Source: Selaginella moellendorffii
Lineage: Eukaryota > Plantae > Lycopodiophyta
Reading direction: 5' to 3'
DNA length: 64,000 nt
NCBI RefSeq assembly: GCF_000143415.4
Contig: NW_003314333.1
Coordinates: forward strand, 496,001 to 560,000
A program made the position numbers and the translations under genes. The notes beneath the pieces are model-generated. The model was not told the DNA's origin. It worked only from the letters and a program-made list of their open reading frames with translations, and did not search any database. Of the stretch, positions 44,619-55,120 are shown one piece after another (positions within the stretch are counted from its first letter, which is position 1; the number at the start of each line of letters is the position of its first letter).

Positions 44619-46739
44619 ATGATTTTGGGGAAATGCCCAGATGCTATCGTCGATCTCGTCCGGGCTTGTGCCCGATCCAGGCATCTGGGAGAGGCCAGGC
44701 GGCTCCACGCCCAGATTCTAGACAGCCCCAATCGCGGCAACAAGCTGGTGCTGGATCAGCTGGTGATAATGTATGGCAAATGCGGCAGTGTGGAAGACGC
44801 CCGCGAGGTGTTCGAGAGCATCGATGCGCCGGATGGCTACTCGCGCAATCTTCTCATGGTTGCTCACGCGCACAACGGGCAGATCCACGGAGCCAAACTC
44901 ACGTTCGACAGCATGGGGATGAGGAGTGTGGTGTCATGGAACGTCATTGTTCTTGCATTTGCCCAGGTTCGGCATCTAGAGGAAGCACGGATAATCTTCG
45001 ACTTTATGCCTGCCAGGACGATCGTCTCGTGGAACACCATGATCGCTGCCTACAGTCAGGCTGGGTCAGTGACGGAATCGAAACTTCTTTTTGATGCTAT
45101 GCCTGGTCGCAGCGAAATCTCTTGGAACAGCATGATCACTGCATTTGCCCAAAAGGGGCATTTTGAGATTGTGACCGCTTGCTTCTACAAGCTACCCAAG
45201 CGAACGATCGTGTCGTGGAACTCCCTACTTTCAGCGTTTTCTCAGAGAGGTCACACGCAGAAAGCCATCGAAATCTTTCGAGCTATGCCCGAGAAGGACA
45301 CGATCTCCTACAACGCAATGCTGATCACTTATGCTCAAGCCGGGTTTGTGGAGGAGGCCAAAAGGAACTTCGACGAGATCCAGGAGAGGAGCATAGTCTC
45401 TTGGACAGCGATGCTCCAAGCGAGTGTCATCAGCAGCGATCTGGATGGGGCCAGGATCATCTTCACGCGAATGCCGCAGCACGATTACGTCTCCTGGACA
45501 GCGATCCTCTCGGCGTGCGCATCGAGCGGCCGGATCCAGCAAGCCAAGGACATCTTTGAGGAGATGCCCGATCGCGATCGTCACGAGGGCGCGCAGAGCG
45601 CGATCATTGGAGCGTATGCCCAATGCGGGTATCTCGAGAGCGCGAAGAGAGTGTTTGATAAAATGACCTCGCGGACGAGCCTCTCGTGGACCGGACTCCT
45701 CTCAGGCTATGCTCAAGGTGGCCATGCTGTGAAAGAAGCAAAAGATCTCTTCGATAGAATGCCCGATCACAACGTTCTCGCTTGCACGATGATGGTCTCG
45801 GCGTACGCACAGGACGGAGACGTGGTGGAAGCGAGAAAGATGTTTGATTCCATGGCAGAGAGAAACGAGGTCTCTTGGAACGCTCTTCTTGCCGCATATG
45901 CTCAAAGAGGAGATGTGGAGGAAGTGAAGCAACTATTCGATCGGATGCCCGAGAAAGACGTTGTCGCGTGGACTGGTTTGATCCAAAGCTATGGTGAGGC
46001 CGGAAATCTCCTGGGAGCGCGGCGCGTGTTTGATCGCATGCCCGAGCAGGACGTAGTTTCGTGGACCGCCATTCTCTACGCGTATGCGCTCCACGGGCAT
46101 CTAAGCGAATCGAAGAAGCTGTTCTTGGCGATGCCCGAGCGAGACGCGCTGTCTTGGATCTCCATGCTGGGTGGATACGCCGCCAATGGCGACGTGGAGA
46201 CGGCCAAGAGTTTCTTCGCGAGAATGCCGCAGCAGGACGAGATCTCATGCACGGCGATCATGGCAGCGTTTGCGCACAATGGCTACTGCTCCCAGGTGGT
46301 GGAGGTGTTCTGGCGGATGATCGTGGAAGGCGTCAGCCCGGACGAGGTCGCCTTCGTCACGGTTCTCACGGCTTGCAGCCACGCCGGGCTGCTGGAGACG
46401 AGCTGGGAGCTCTTCGTGTCCATGCGGGAGGATCATGGATTGAGGCCTCTGAGCCAGCACTACCTCTGCATGATCGATGTTCTTGGGCGATCGGGATTGC
46501 TGTCCAGCGCGGAAGAACTCATCGCCACCATGCCGTTCGTCCCCGACGAGGTGGCGTGGGGGATGCTGCTGGCGGCATGCAAGGTCCACAAGGACGTGAG
46601 CCGTGCCGCGCGGATAGCCCGGGATGCTGTGGCGGCAGACCCCGAGGATTGCTCCTCGTACGTCTCGCTGGGCAACACTCTGGGCGTCACTGTGGAAGAG
46701 AAAGACGGAGATTTGCGCCGACTAGGTTTCATGACGTGA
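44619..46739 (+). CDS. PLS-class PPR protein with E domain, no DYW
   Basis: 31-aa repeats followed by HYLCMIDVLGRSG...WGMLLAACKVH...SYVSLGN. Confidence 0.95.
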   Translation: MILGKCPDAIVDLVRACARSRHLGEARRLHAQILDSPNRGNKLVLDQLVIMYGKCGSVEDAREVFESIDAPDGYSRNLLMVAHAHNGQIHGAKLTFDSMGMRSVVSWNVIVLAFAQVRHLEEARIIFDFMPARTIVSWNTMIAAYSQAGSVTESKLLFDAMPGRSEISWNSMITAFAQKGHFEIVTACFYKLPKRTIVSWNSLLSAFSQRGHTQKAIEIFRAMPEKDTISYNAMLITYAQAGFVEEAKRNFDEIQERSIVSWTAMLQASVISSDLDGARIIFTRMPQHDYVSWTAILSACASSGRIQQAKDIFEEMPDRDRHEGAQSAIIGAYAQCGYLESAKRVFDKMTSRTSLSWTGLLSGYAQGGHAVKEAKDLFDRMPDHNVLACTMMVSAYAQDGDVVEARKMFDSMAERNEVSWNALLAAYAQRGDVEEVKQLFDRMPEKDVVAWTGLIQSYGEAGNLLGARRVFDRMPEQDVVSWTAILYAYALHGHLSESKKLFLAMPERDALSWISMLGGYAANGDVETAKSFFARMPQQDEISCTAIMAAFAHNGYCSQVVEVFWRMIVEGVSPDEVAFVTVLTACSHAGLLETSWELFVSMREDHGLRPLSQHYLCMIDVLGRSGLLSSAEELIATMPFVPDEVAWGMLLAACKVHKDVSRAARIARDAVAADPEDCSSYVSLGNTLGVTVEEKDGDLRRLGFMT

Positions 46740-47478
46740 ATATTCTCGAACGAAGTGAAGAGGAGAAGCATATTCTTATCAAGATCTACGTGGACATCAT
46801 CAATGAATGAATGTTTCCAGTCACCAGGCTTTGGATGAGAGTGTGACAGAAGTGGCAAGGAAGCTTGGAGCAAGAGACTAGTGCAAGTTTCATGCGGGGC
46901 AGGTTTATCTTGAGATTTCCATCAATAGGCTTGCTGTTTGTCCATTGTTCAGATAAAAATATGAATTGTTTGGATTTTGGATCTCAATCCAAATGCATTT
47001 GTAGAGGACTTGGTTGAGCATGAAGATATCCCAAGTCCAAGGACAGTGCGGTCTATGCCTCACTGGTTTTTAAAAGTATATTCTTAAAGGTATTAAGAGG
47101 TATATTTGGTGAACAATGAATGCAAAGGTTTGCCATCATTCACATAAAGTGAACTCCCCAGAAGAGGCTACTATGGCAATGATAAATCTCCAACATGGCC
47201 CATGGGACAAGAAGCACATATTTTTGTTGTCATTTCATATGTCACACATGAAGATTTTATTAGAATAAGCAATTGAAATAACAGATTTCATAGTGATGTT
47301 TTAAACCACCTTAAACATTTTCTATTTTAATTAACAAATAAGATTATATTAACATACAAATCCTCCTTCAACTCTTTAAAAAACTTACTCTTATTATAAA
47401 GCTGGTTGTTCACAACATACATGTCTATAATGTTGGATTCCCAGCAAGTTTTTTTTTACGAATACAAACCATTTATAT

Positions 47479-48354
47479 TTATTTAGTTAGGCATAATTTA
47501 TGATTATTTGTCTCTGTATCCCATGTAGGAATATTTGGAGATTTTAAAGAATATATTACTAAATTACAATCATCTTGAACTTTAAGTATAGAATCATTAA
47601 TACAATCGGACTTTAAATTTTGTAAACAATATTTATTAATTATAAACCATTCTATCTTGCTATTTGATACCAAAATTAGATTTCCATTGTTTTGTATCTG
47701 AAGTCGACAGAATAAAACCCTGTTTCTCCCTGATTTAGAATCCCAAATTTTATTTACTCCTGAAAATAAAACTAGGTTGCAATCACTTTGTAGATATAAT
47801 ATGTTTTTCTGGTTTGGAGAAATTAAAAATTTTGTAGAAAATAAAGTATTAAAAGGTTTTCTACTTATTAAACTGCTAACAAATATATCACATGTGGAGA
47901 ATGAGTTTATATTATAGTTCCTATTATAGAATTGCTCAGGTTCAGACTGACCATCTAAACTATAATAAATTGTGTATGTTCTTGCTTTAAAAATAGCCCA
48001 TTCTGCAGCTTTTGCAATTAACATACTTTTACTTCCTTGTAAAACACTATTAAAACCTTTATATACATTTTCTGGCTTAGCTGTACTAGCTGCACCACAT
48101 GATCTTATTATTTTAATAACTGCCATTCCTCTTGAAAGGAGAACATAATCAATATTATACCATTCTGGAGGGTATCTTTCTAAATCTGTATCTGTTATTG
48201 TATTTATTAAATTTTTAAACCCTATCCAAATCAAATCCATATCAAAAGAACTAATTTCATTTTCTTTTCCAAAATCAGCATCAATATAACTATAACTAAA
48301 ATTTTGAATATAAATAAATAATAAAACTGATAGGATCAAGTAATATAAAGCCAT
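47479..48354 (-). CDS. Secreted protein: unknown N-terminal domain fused to a bulb-type (GNA) mannose-binding lectin domain
   Basis: Signal-peptide-like start; three QxDxNxVxY-type motifs (QSDCNLVLF, QNNGNLILV, QDDCNLVIY); intact 291-aa ORF in AT-rich DNA; TATA ~50 nt upstream. Confidence 0.85.
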   Translation of the reverse strand: MALYYLILSVLLFIYIQNFSYSYIDADFGKENEISSFDMDLIWIGFKNLINTITDTDLERYPPEWYNIDYVLLSRGMAVIKIIRSCGAASTAKPENVYKGFNSVLQGSKSMLIAKAAEWAIFKARTYTIYYSLDGQSEPEQFYNRNYNINSFSTCDIFVSSLISRKPFNTLFSTKFLISPNQKNILYLQSDCNLVLFSGVNKIWDSKSGRNRVLFCRLQIQNNGNLILVSNSKIEWFIINKYCLQNLKSDCINDSILKVQDDCNLVIYSLKSPNIPTWDTETNNHKLCLTK

Positions 48355-48636
48355 AAAAATTATATAACAAAAAATATAGTAAATAAAATTTTAGTATAAG
48401 GTTATATACTTGTTGCCATTATACAAAAGGTAGCCATATGTCAAATAGAACATAAATTACTTTTAAAAAATTTTAGTTTTAAAATAGGCTTCATTTATTA
48501 AAAAATTCATTAAAATACTATAATAAAAATTTATGTTTTGTCACATATCTATTTCTCTATATTTAGTAAGTACTATATTCATCATTACTAGCTATGAATA
48601 GAATTGAACCTTTACTTATAGGATTTAAACTCTTAT

Positions 48637-49805
48637 TGTAGTGCACGTGGTTTTGGCCCTTTATCCTATGGTGATTTACCATAGGATAACACCACAAAGC
48701 GCAACCTAAACCCTTTTTGTGCCACGTGACAAATGCCACATGTCACATGCCACGTGTCCAAAGGAACGTGGTGTGGAACCCGAGGTTCAGGGCCTTGGGC
48801 CACTGAACAAAGGAACGGTGCCAAACTTCCAAGCGTGGAGCCAAGGAGTGATGGAACCGAACCATGGAGTAACTCCCGAGCATAAAGCCCAAGGAGCGAA
48901 GGGACAGGAGCCCGGAGCGACTTGGAATAGTCCTAGAGCAACCAACATCCCATTGTCAGGACTAGCACGCAAAATAGGGCCAAACGGAGTCTAGCACTAT
49001 TTTGGCATATTGGTGGCCTAACGCGAGGACATGGGTACTCCACCAGTTAGCATGGAATGAAACTTGGGCTTAAACTCAAGCCAGATGCAGAACAAGGACA
49101 AGCATGCAAGCGGGAACTAGACTATGCATCTAGTTAGTTGGCCATGCCCAACCTACCCACTATCCCTATTATCCATACATTTGGAACCCCCCCACAACCC
49201 CGCCCCCCCCCCCCTCCCCCCCCCTCTTGAGGAACACACGCTTTGAGCTTTCACCCCAAGCGTCCCTTAGTATCAGGAGTTAGTCTCTGGGACAAGCTCA
49301 AAACTTACTAAATATGGAATATCCCTAGATTGTGAATTTTGACATGGGACGAACACCATTGTGTTTAGGACAATCTCTACATTCCGTAGATATGCCAAAT
49401 AAGCAAATCTGGACACTTTCCATAAATAGCATTTGGGACCGAAATGAGACCAACACAAAGGGCATGATAGCGAGGGTGTTTTGGCAGACACGGTAAGCTA
49501 TCATCTAGTGATATTGAGGGACCAATCTCAATATCGCGGGGGTTCTTGATACTAGCAAATGCAAGCCAATGACAGGAGTTTCTCAAACCAGGCCGAGTAT
49601 GCTCAGCAAGAAACACATAGGGTTCCTACCTTATGTTTATCTGATCTAAGTACATGGTCATTGACCAGTTTCTCAACTAGCTCAAGTGGGAAACTGATAA
49701 CAGGTCCAGCAATACTAACCTTCTGCCATCGTGGCAATAAGAAAAGAATATCCGAAAGGACTAGCCGACAGGTAACTTTCAATACCCGAAGTCACATTTG
49801 CAACA
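48637..49805 (-). repeat. 3' LTR of the Copia-derived element
   Basis: Aligns end to end with 61139-62230, mostly transitions. Carries an extra G-box-like unit and a ~60-bp C-rich segment missing from the other LTR. Confidence 0.92.
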
Positions 49806-51012
49806 CTCTCCCCCCTAGGGAAGATTGACATCCTCGTCGATGCACACTCGAGTCTAGAATACCGCCAAGGAAACAACTCTAAAAAATGTTCATGGTATTC
49901 ACACTATCTGAGAAATGCACCAACTTAAATGAGTTAGGAGGCAACCTCTTTGTCTAACGCGGATGCGCTACCAGCTCAGACACCTTCTGGCCGTCGCCGA
50001 CAAGGAAATGACCAACAAAGTTAGCCACCCTTGCTGCTCTGGGAGTCACCCAGCTTACAAAAGTGTGATACGCCCCTGCCCACAGGAATATAGAGAAAGA
50101 AGCCAAAAGCCCCAACCCTCATGAGCAAAGAAACCAAACCCGTCGGTAAGGTTTAGATAGACTATTGTAAACAGGTAGTTAGAGTTGTTTATATGGTCAC
50201 GCCCTTTCAACGGAATAAGGAACATTGACAGAGAGGCGGGTTATGTGACCAATCGATAGTAGCTACCCCATGATTAGAGATTTCAGCATGCACACGAAGT
50301 GCCGAAGCCAGTCTACCCATTACTGGCCCAAACTCAAAGATCAATAAATAGACAATATCAAAGTCATTAGACAATGATATCTTAGAGTCTTAAGTATTAA
50401 TAATGCTTAAATTAGAACACAAAAGTATTCCAAGTAAGTTATCATCCGATAAATTAGTATTATAGTACAGAAACCACCAAGATCATCAATTTTGGAAACA
50501 TAGGATTGAATATCCAACAAAATTCAATAGCTAGTGTATCATCAAAGAAACTCAATGATGAAATATAACTACCAAAGATTGTAGATAGTATGCCAAACAA
50601 CTTACAAAAGATAACTCAAAGAACACAAAGTATCATCGACTGGCAAGCAAAATGCTCGCGAATGTATCACCCGAAGAAAATAACATCCCAATCTATCATA
50701 ACTAACTCGAGCAACAATTAACAGAACAGAATGAATGTTGCAAGACCAACAAACACTCATTCCTACCAACTATTGCACTAGCCAATTTGAATAAATCCTG
50801 GTCAATAATACCAAGAAACTAGAGTTGCTCAAGCAAGTGTCAGCAACATCCTATTGATGTCTAAAACCCAAGAGACCAATCCAAAGCAAACCACAAAGAA
50901 CATGTGGTATTCCAAAAAGCCATAAGCCATCAAAGAGAATAATTAATTATCATGAAAGAATATCAATCATCCCACCAATGAAGAGATGCATAATCATTGT
51001 CGAAGAAACAAT

Positions 51013-52162
51013 TGTAAGCCACAAATTTTTCCTTTCCACTTTGCCAGCTTACCTCGCCTATCCGTCCAACACTGCCTTGGCTTTTGCTAAGTTCCCTCGC
51101 CAAGGTTCTTGCCTATGGTACCAGCTCCTACTTGGTTTCAGCTACTCACTGCACGAGCAACAGAGTGTTAGCCATCCTTCCATGGATTCCCAAATCGCTC
51201 CCAATCCCCCTCCCCGGGTTAGACTGGACTTAAGGTTCGGCTACACTCCCCGCAAGCACAAGCAGCCAAGCACACCAAGCTTCCAGGTTCCTAACCTCCC
51301 TTGGTACCACAAGACTTGATCATGGGACCCTCTAAATCCCAAGTCTTGAGTGCAACACTTGCTTCGGGACGCCGGGGCGAAACACCGTGGCCTAGCGGCC
51401 CGGTATGGGTACCTCTCGCCCCCCACTTCCATCCCGAAGGAAGGCCCAAGACCCTAGGAAGGGCGAGGACCAATGAGCCGCATGGTACTCAAGTGGGGCA
51501 CCACTTCACATGAGCCGGGAGCACCGCAATCGGTTTCCCTTTCGGGAGTGGGAGCTGCTCTTGAGCACTTCCTTGGATGGCCCCTCCGGCACCAACCAAG
51601 TCCATGCTCACTCCCACCCAAGGCCCCTCGGTCCCAGTCCCAACCTCAAGTCGGTTTGGAAGCCCAACTGGAGAGTCCCTTCAAAACTGGTTCCTGGACC
51701 TCACTATCCCTACTATACTTTTGGAACCCCCTGCAGCCCCCCCCCCCCTGGGGAGACGCACGCTTTGGGCTTTCACCCCTTGACCCGTATTAGTATTTGG
51801 ACTTAGTCTCTGGCTCGATCTCGGACCCGATTTCGGATCCGACTTCGGATTCGGGTTCAGACTCGATCACGGACTCGATCTCGGACCCGATCTCGGACCC
51901 GACCTCGGACTCGACCTCGGACTCGGTCTTGGACCCGATTTCGGATCTCGGACTCCGTCTCGAACTCGGTCTCGAACTCGGACTCGAACTCGGTCCCTGA
52001 GTCGGTCTCGGACTCGATTCCGGACTCTATCTCGAACTCGGTCCTAGAGTCGGTCTTGGACTCGATCCTCGACTTGGTCCAATCCGATGAACTCTTTGTC
52101 ATTTCGGTCAAGCTTTTGGGGATCCTTTAGCCTACGACATCTCGGGGAGTCGGTTCCTTACA
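51013..52162 (-). mobile_element. Solo LTR nested in the Copia-derived element
   Basis: TGTAAG...CTTACA ends, TSD ACAAT (51008-51012, 52163-52167). Same family as 62580-63822, whose PBS gives the orientation. Confidence 0.9.
51810..52075. repeat. ACTCGG-based 6/12-bp tandem repeat inside the solo LTR
   Basis: Repeated ACTCGG/ATCTCG/GACCCG hexamers. Confidence 0.9.
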
Positions 52163-52660
52163 ACAATCTACCATCCCGAAGAATGGCAAATCATTCTATA
52201 CCAACAATAATCAAGCAAAACCTTTGATAAGGATAATCAACTATCTTACATGATAGTTAATCATCACCAATGAATGCCAGATGTAAATACTAACTTCAAC
52301 ATCGAAGTTATGAGCTAGAATGCTTTCCCCAACAACTCCTAGCAAATGGCATATTGAGCATGAAATTCAAAGAACCAAAAGCTCAAAGAAGCCTATAGCC
52401 AAGTCATGCCTAGCAATGATCACGAGTCTCACATGAACTAACTTCAATGCTAAAGAAGAAATCATGGTATAACCCACAATATCCTTCACAATACATCCAG
52501 AAACTAAACTTCATAATGCAAAGCTAATGAAGAGTAGATTTGCATCAATCCAAAAACCAAACATAATGAAGTTATGCTCAACAAGTGATCACTAAACAAT
52601 CCTCCATGAATCCATTTATAGCAAGACGTAACTCACTTTATAACAAGCTCAAGAAGAATC

Positions 52661-53254
52661 TGTAAGCTCCTGAGTTTGGACTTCTCGGGAGGTCACCCAG
52701 CCCAGTACTATTCAAACCCAAGGACGCTTAACCCCAAATATCCCAAGACCCTTAACCGATTGGAAAAGGGGGTGCACTCTTATTCATGGGCCCTTTCCCT
52801 CTATATTTGAACCCCATGAACCGTCTCTCAAGTCGTTCTCTTTGGTTGCTTACAATCCACCACGCTTCCCTGCAAGTTCACGCCCTCGTGAACGGAAGCT
52901 GAGAGCCGCAGCTCTCCCGAGAGCCCTGCTCTCTTGACACCCTACCCCTCGGGTCGAGCCCAGCGGGAGCAAACTGGACCAGCCAGATGTCAATCAACAT
53001 GTGGTGTGATTCCCCTAGCCAACCAACAGAGTCGGACCCGAGACCCTCTCTGATACCAAATGTAAGCTCCTGAGTTTGGACTTCTCGGGAGGTCACCCAG
53101 CCCAGTACTATTCAAACCCAAGGACGCTTAACCCCAAATATCCCAAGACCCTTAACCGATTGGAAAAGGGGGTGCACTCTTATTCATGGGCCCTTTCCCT
53201 CTATATTTGAACCCCATGAACCGTCTCTCAAGTCGTTCTCTTTGGTTGCTTACA
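52661..53254 (-). mobile_element. Cassandra-type TRIM with a 5S-rRNA-derived segment in each LTR
   Basis: Two 194-bp LTRs (52661-52854, 53061-53254), identical by eye; PBS TGGTATCAGAG (~53048-53058, minus); PPT-like GTGGTGGAT. The LTR minus strand GGTTAAGCGTCCTTGGG...AGTACTGGGCTGGGTGACCTCCCGAGAAGTCC matches the plant 5S rRNA A-box/IE/C-box region. Confidence 0.93.
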
Positions 53255-54633
53255 ATCCACTTGCCAAAGGAATCCCAATGGAAATGGGAATGGCATAGCC
53301 TAAGCTGCAGAGCATGCAGTTGGAGTGTGGTGACCCAGATAATGATGGAGGTGTGAAAGCACCAAGCAATGAGTTGTAGGACTTGACAACTATGAGGCAA
53401 CTAAGCAAGAGGTGTAAAATAACTGGTTAAACAGGTAGAAGGTAGCTACCCAAGACTTCTTAATAGCATAAGGAAGTTGGACATACCCTTACGGGGGATA
53501 AGTTGCTTGTGTTGCGATATAGTAAGTCAATGTCATAAAAGGAAATACTCATTTTCAAGAAAGCCATCATTGGGACACCCGGACACTCTAGAACACCAGA
53601 AGGTGGTGTTTGATGTCGCGAGGGCAATGGATAAAGCCCAAGGGACTAAGTCCCTAGCGAATGATGGATAGAAGGTGCTATCCAAATGTCCAAGGTTGCA
53701 GAGACAGGAGAGGACTGTCTACCCGAGTTGGACAAAGCCAAAAATGGAATTTTGGCAAGGCTAGTGATGGGCATGTAAAGGCCCATAAGCAACAATGTAA
53801 TCCCAGTGTGTGGGATTATAAGGTGAGCATACCCGGATTGAGGAACCACTCCCTAGGCTATGGGGTAGGTTCATCCCTAAGAATACTTGCTAAAGCGTGA
53901 TAGAAAGTGCAAAGCTATCCTCCTGGTCTGGAGGAGAATGACCAAAGGAAAGGTGTGAAGCCAAAAAGCAAGAAGTAAGGGGATAGAACCGTACCATAGG
54001 AATCAAAGGGCATAACCAAGGTTGGTTATGCCAGCTGGGAGTGGAGAATCAAGTGGGGGCTCGAGGGTGTTGCCGCTAGCAACCGTGATGCCATGGAGAG
54101 TCTAAAATATGGAATTATCCATGTTAGACTATGTGGCATTTTGAAGGCTTGCAAAAAGGGAGGCCTTAGCAAGCTGACGGACAGAGTTCCTTCAAGGTTC
54201 CCAAAGACGATTCTAGGTAGCTTAGTACCTAGAAAGGCCAAGTGTAAATGGTTCATGGAACGCGCGAAATCAGAGTGGTGCAGCAGAAGCGTGGTCTTGA
54301 AGCTTGCCATGAGGCAAGGCTATCAAGGTTAGGGAAGTAGTTCCCGAGTGTTCAAAGAGAGGGCTTTGAACGAAAGTCGATGGTCAAGGACTTTCACGCT
54401 TATGCAGGAACCATGTTACAGTGGTCGGAGGACTTGCCAAGCGAGATTGGCACGTCGGGGGAACAAATACCCTAGTTGAAGGTGATAACTTCAAAAAGGG
54501 TGGGCCATGGGGCCGAGCATGGAGGAGTCCATGCATGATCACAAACATGTCAAGTGAGAGGACTTGGCAGTGTGGAGGAACTAGGTTCCTAAGCTGTGAT
54601 CTATAGCGCGCTTTAAAAATAAGTTGGTGCACC

Positions 54634-55120
54634 GGCGTGGGGAGTCACGCCAGGCATCTTGTGTGATGCCGTCCGTAGATGCATATACGGAGGTTGGGTT
54701 CGAGTCCCGACCCTCTAGTGCTTGGGTTCGAGTCCCAAATCACTAGGGCGTGGTGATGGTTTGGAATATGAGGACACTCATATTTCGGTGGTCATGGACT
54801 CTCAGTGGGGAGACTGGTTTGGGCACACCGCCAAGCGAGGGATGCCTCGGAGTCGTGATGCACGGTTAGATTGCTTAGTGTGAAAGCTCGGCATATCTAA
54901 CTTGAACGCTTTGGTGCAAGTGGCACCAAGGACGTGGTGAGTGAGATGGGGACACCTAATCTCAGTTGCTATGGACCCTTGGCCGGAAGGGCTGGCTTGG
55001 GCGCACCGCCAAGTGTGGGGGATGCCCCCGGGGTCGTAGTTAACAAGTTAAAGGTCTGGAAGACCTAGTACCTATTGGCAAACCTGTTAAGGTGCCGAGG
55101 TGAGATCACTAGGTGATCTT
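54634..55120 (+). ncRNA. Putative structured RNA domain (hairpin array plus two homologous four-way junctions) inside the Gypsy remnant
   Basis: More than a dozen consecutive stem-loops read by hand. Modules ~54748-54863 and ~54930-55044 differ in sequence but keep their pairing. Confidence 0.7.

Noticed and set aside
17500-46900. Many overlapping or antisense ORFs in the supplied track (e.g. 22142-23203, 18355-19446)
   Set aside because: Shadow frames of GC-rich genes with no recognisable motifs.
52678-52733. 5S rRNA gene
   Set aside because: Only the ~55-nt internal control region is present, embedded in TRIM LTRs.
49917-54631. Shared 12-mer TAAGTTGGTGCA between the Copia and Gypsy interiors
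   Set aside because: Isolated 12-mer matches are expected by chance in 64 kb.
54672-54748. tRNA gene or SINE
   Set aside because: B-boxes are present but there is no acceptor stem, D-arm/A-box or A-rich tail.
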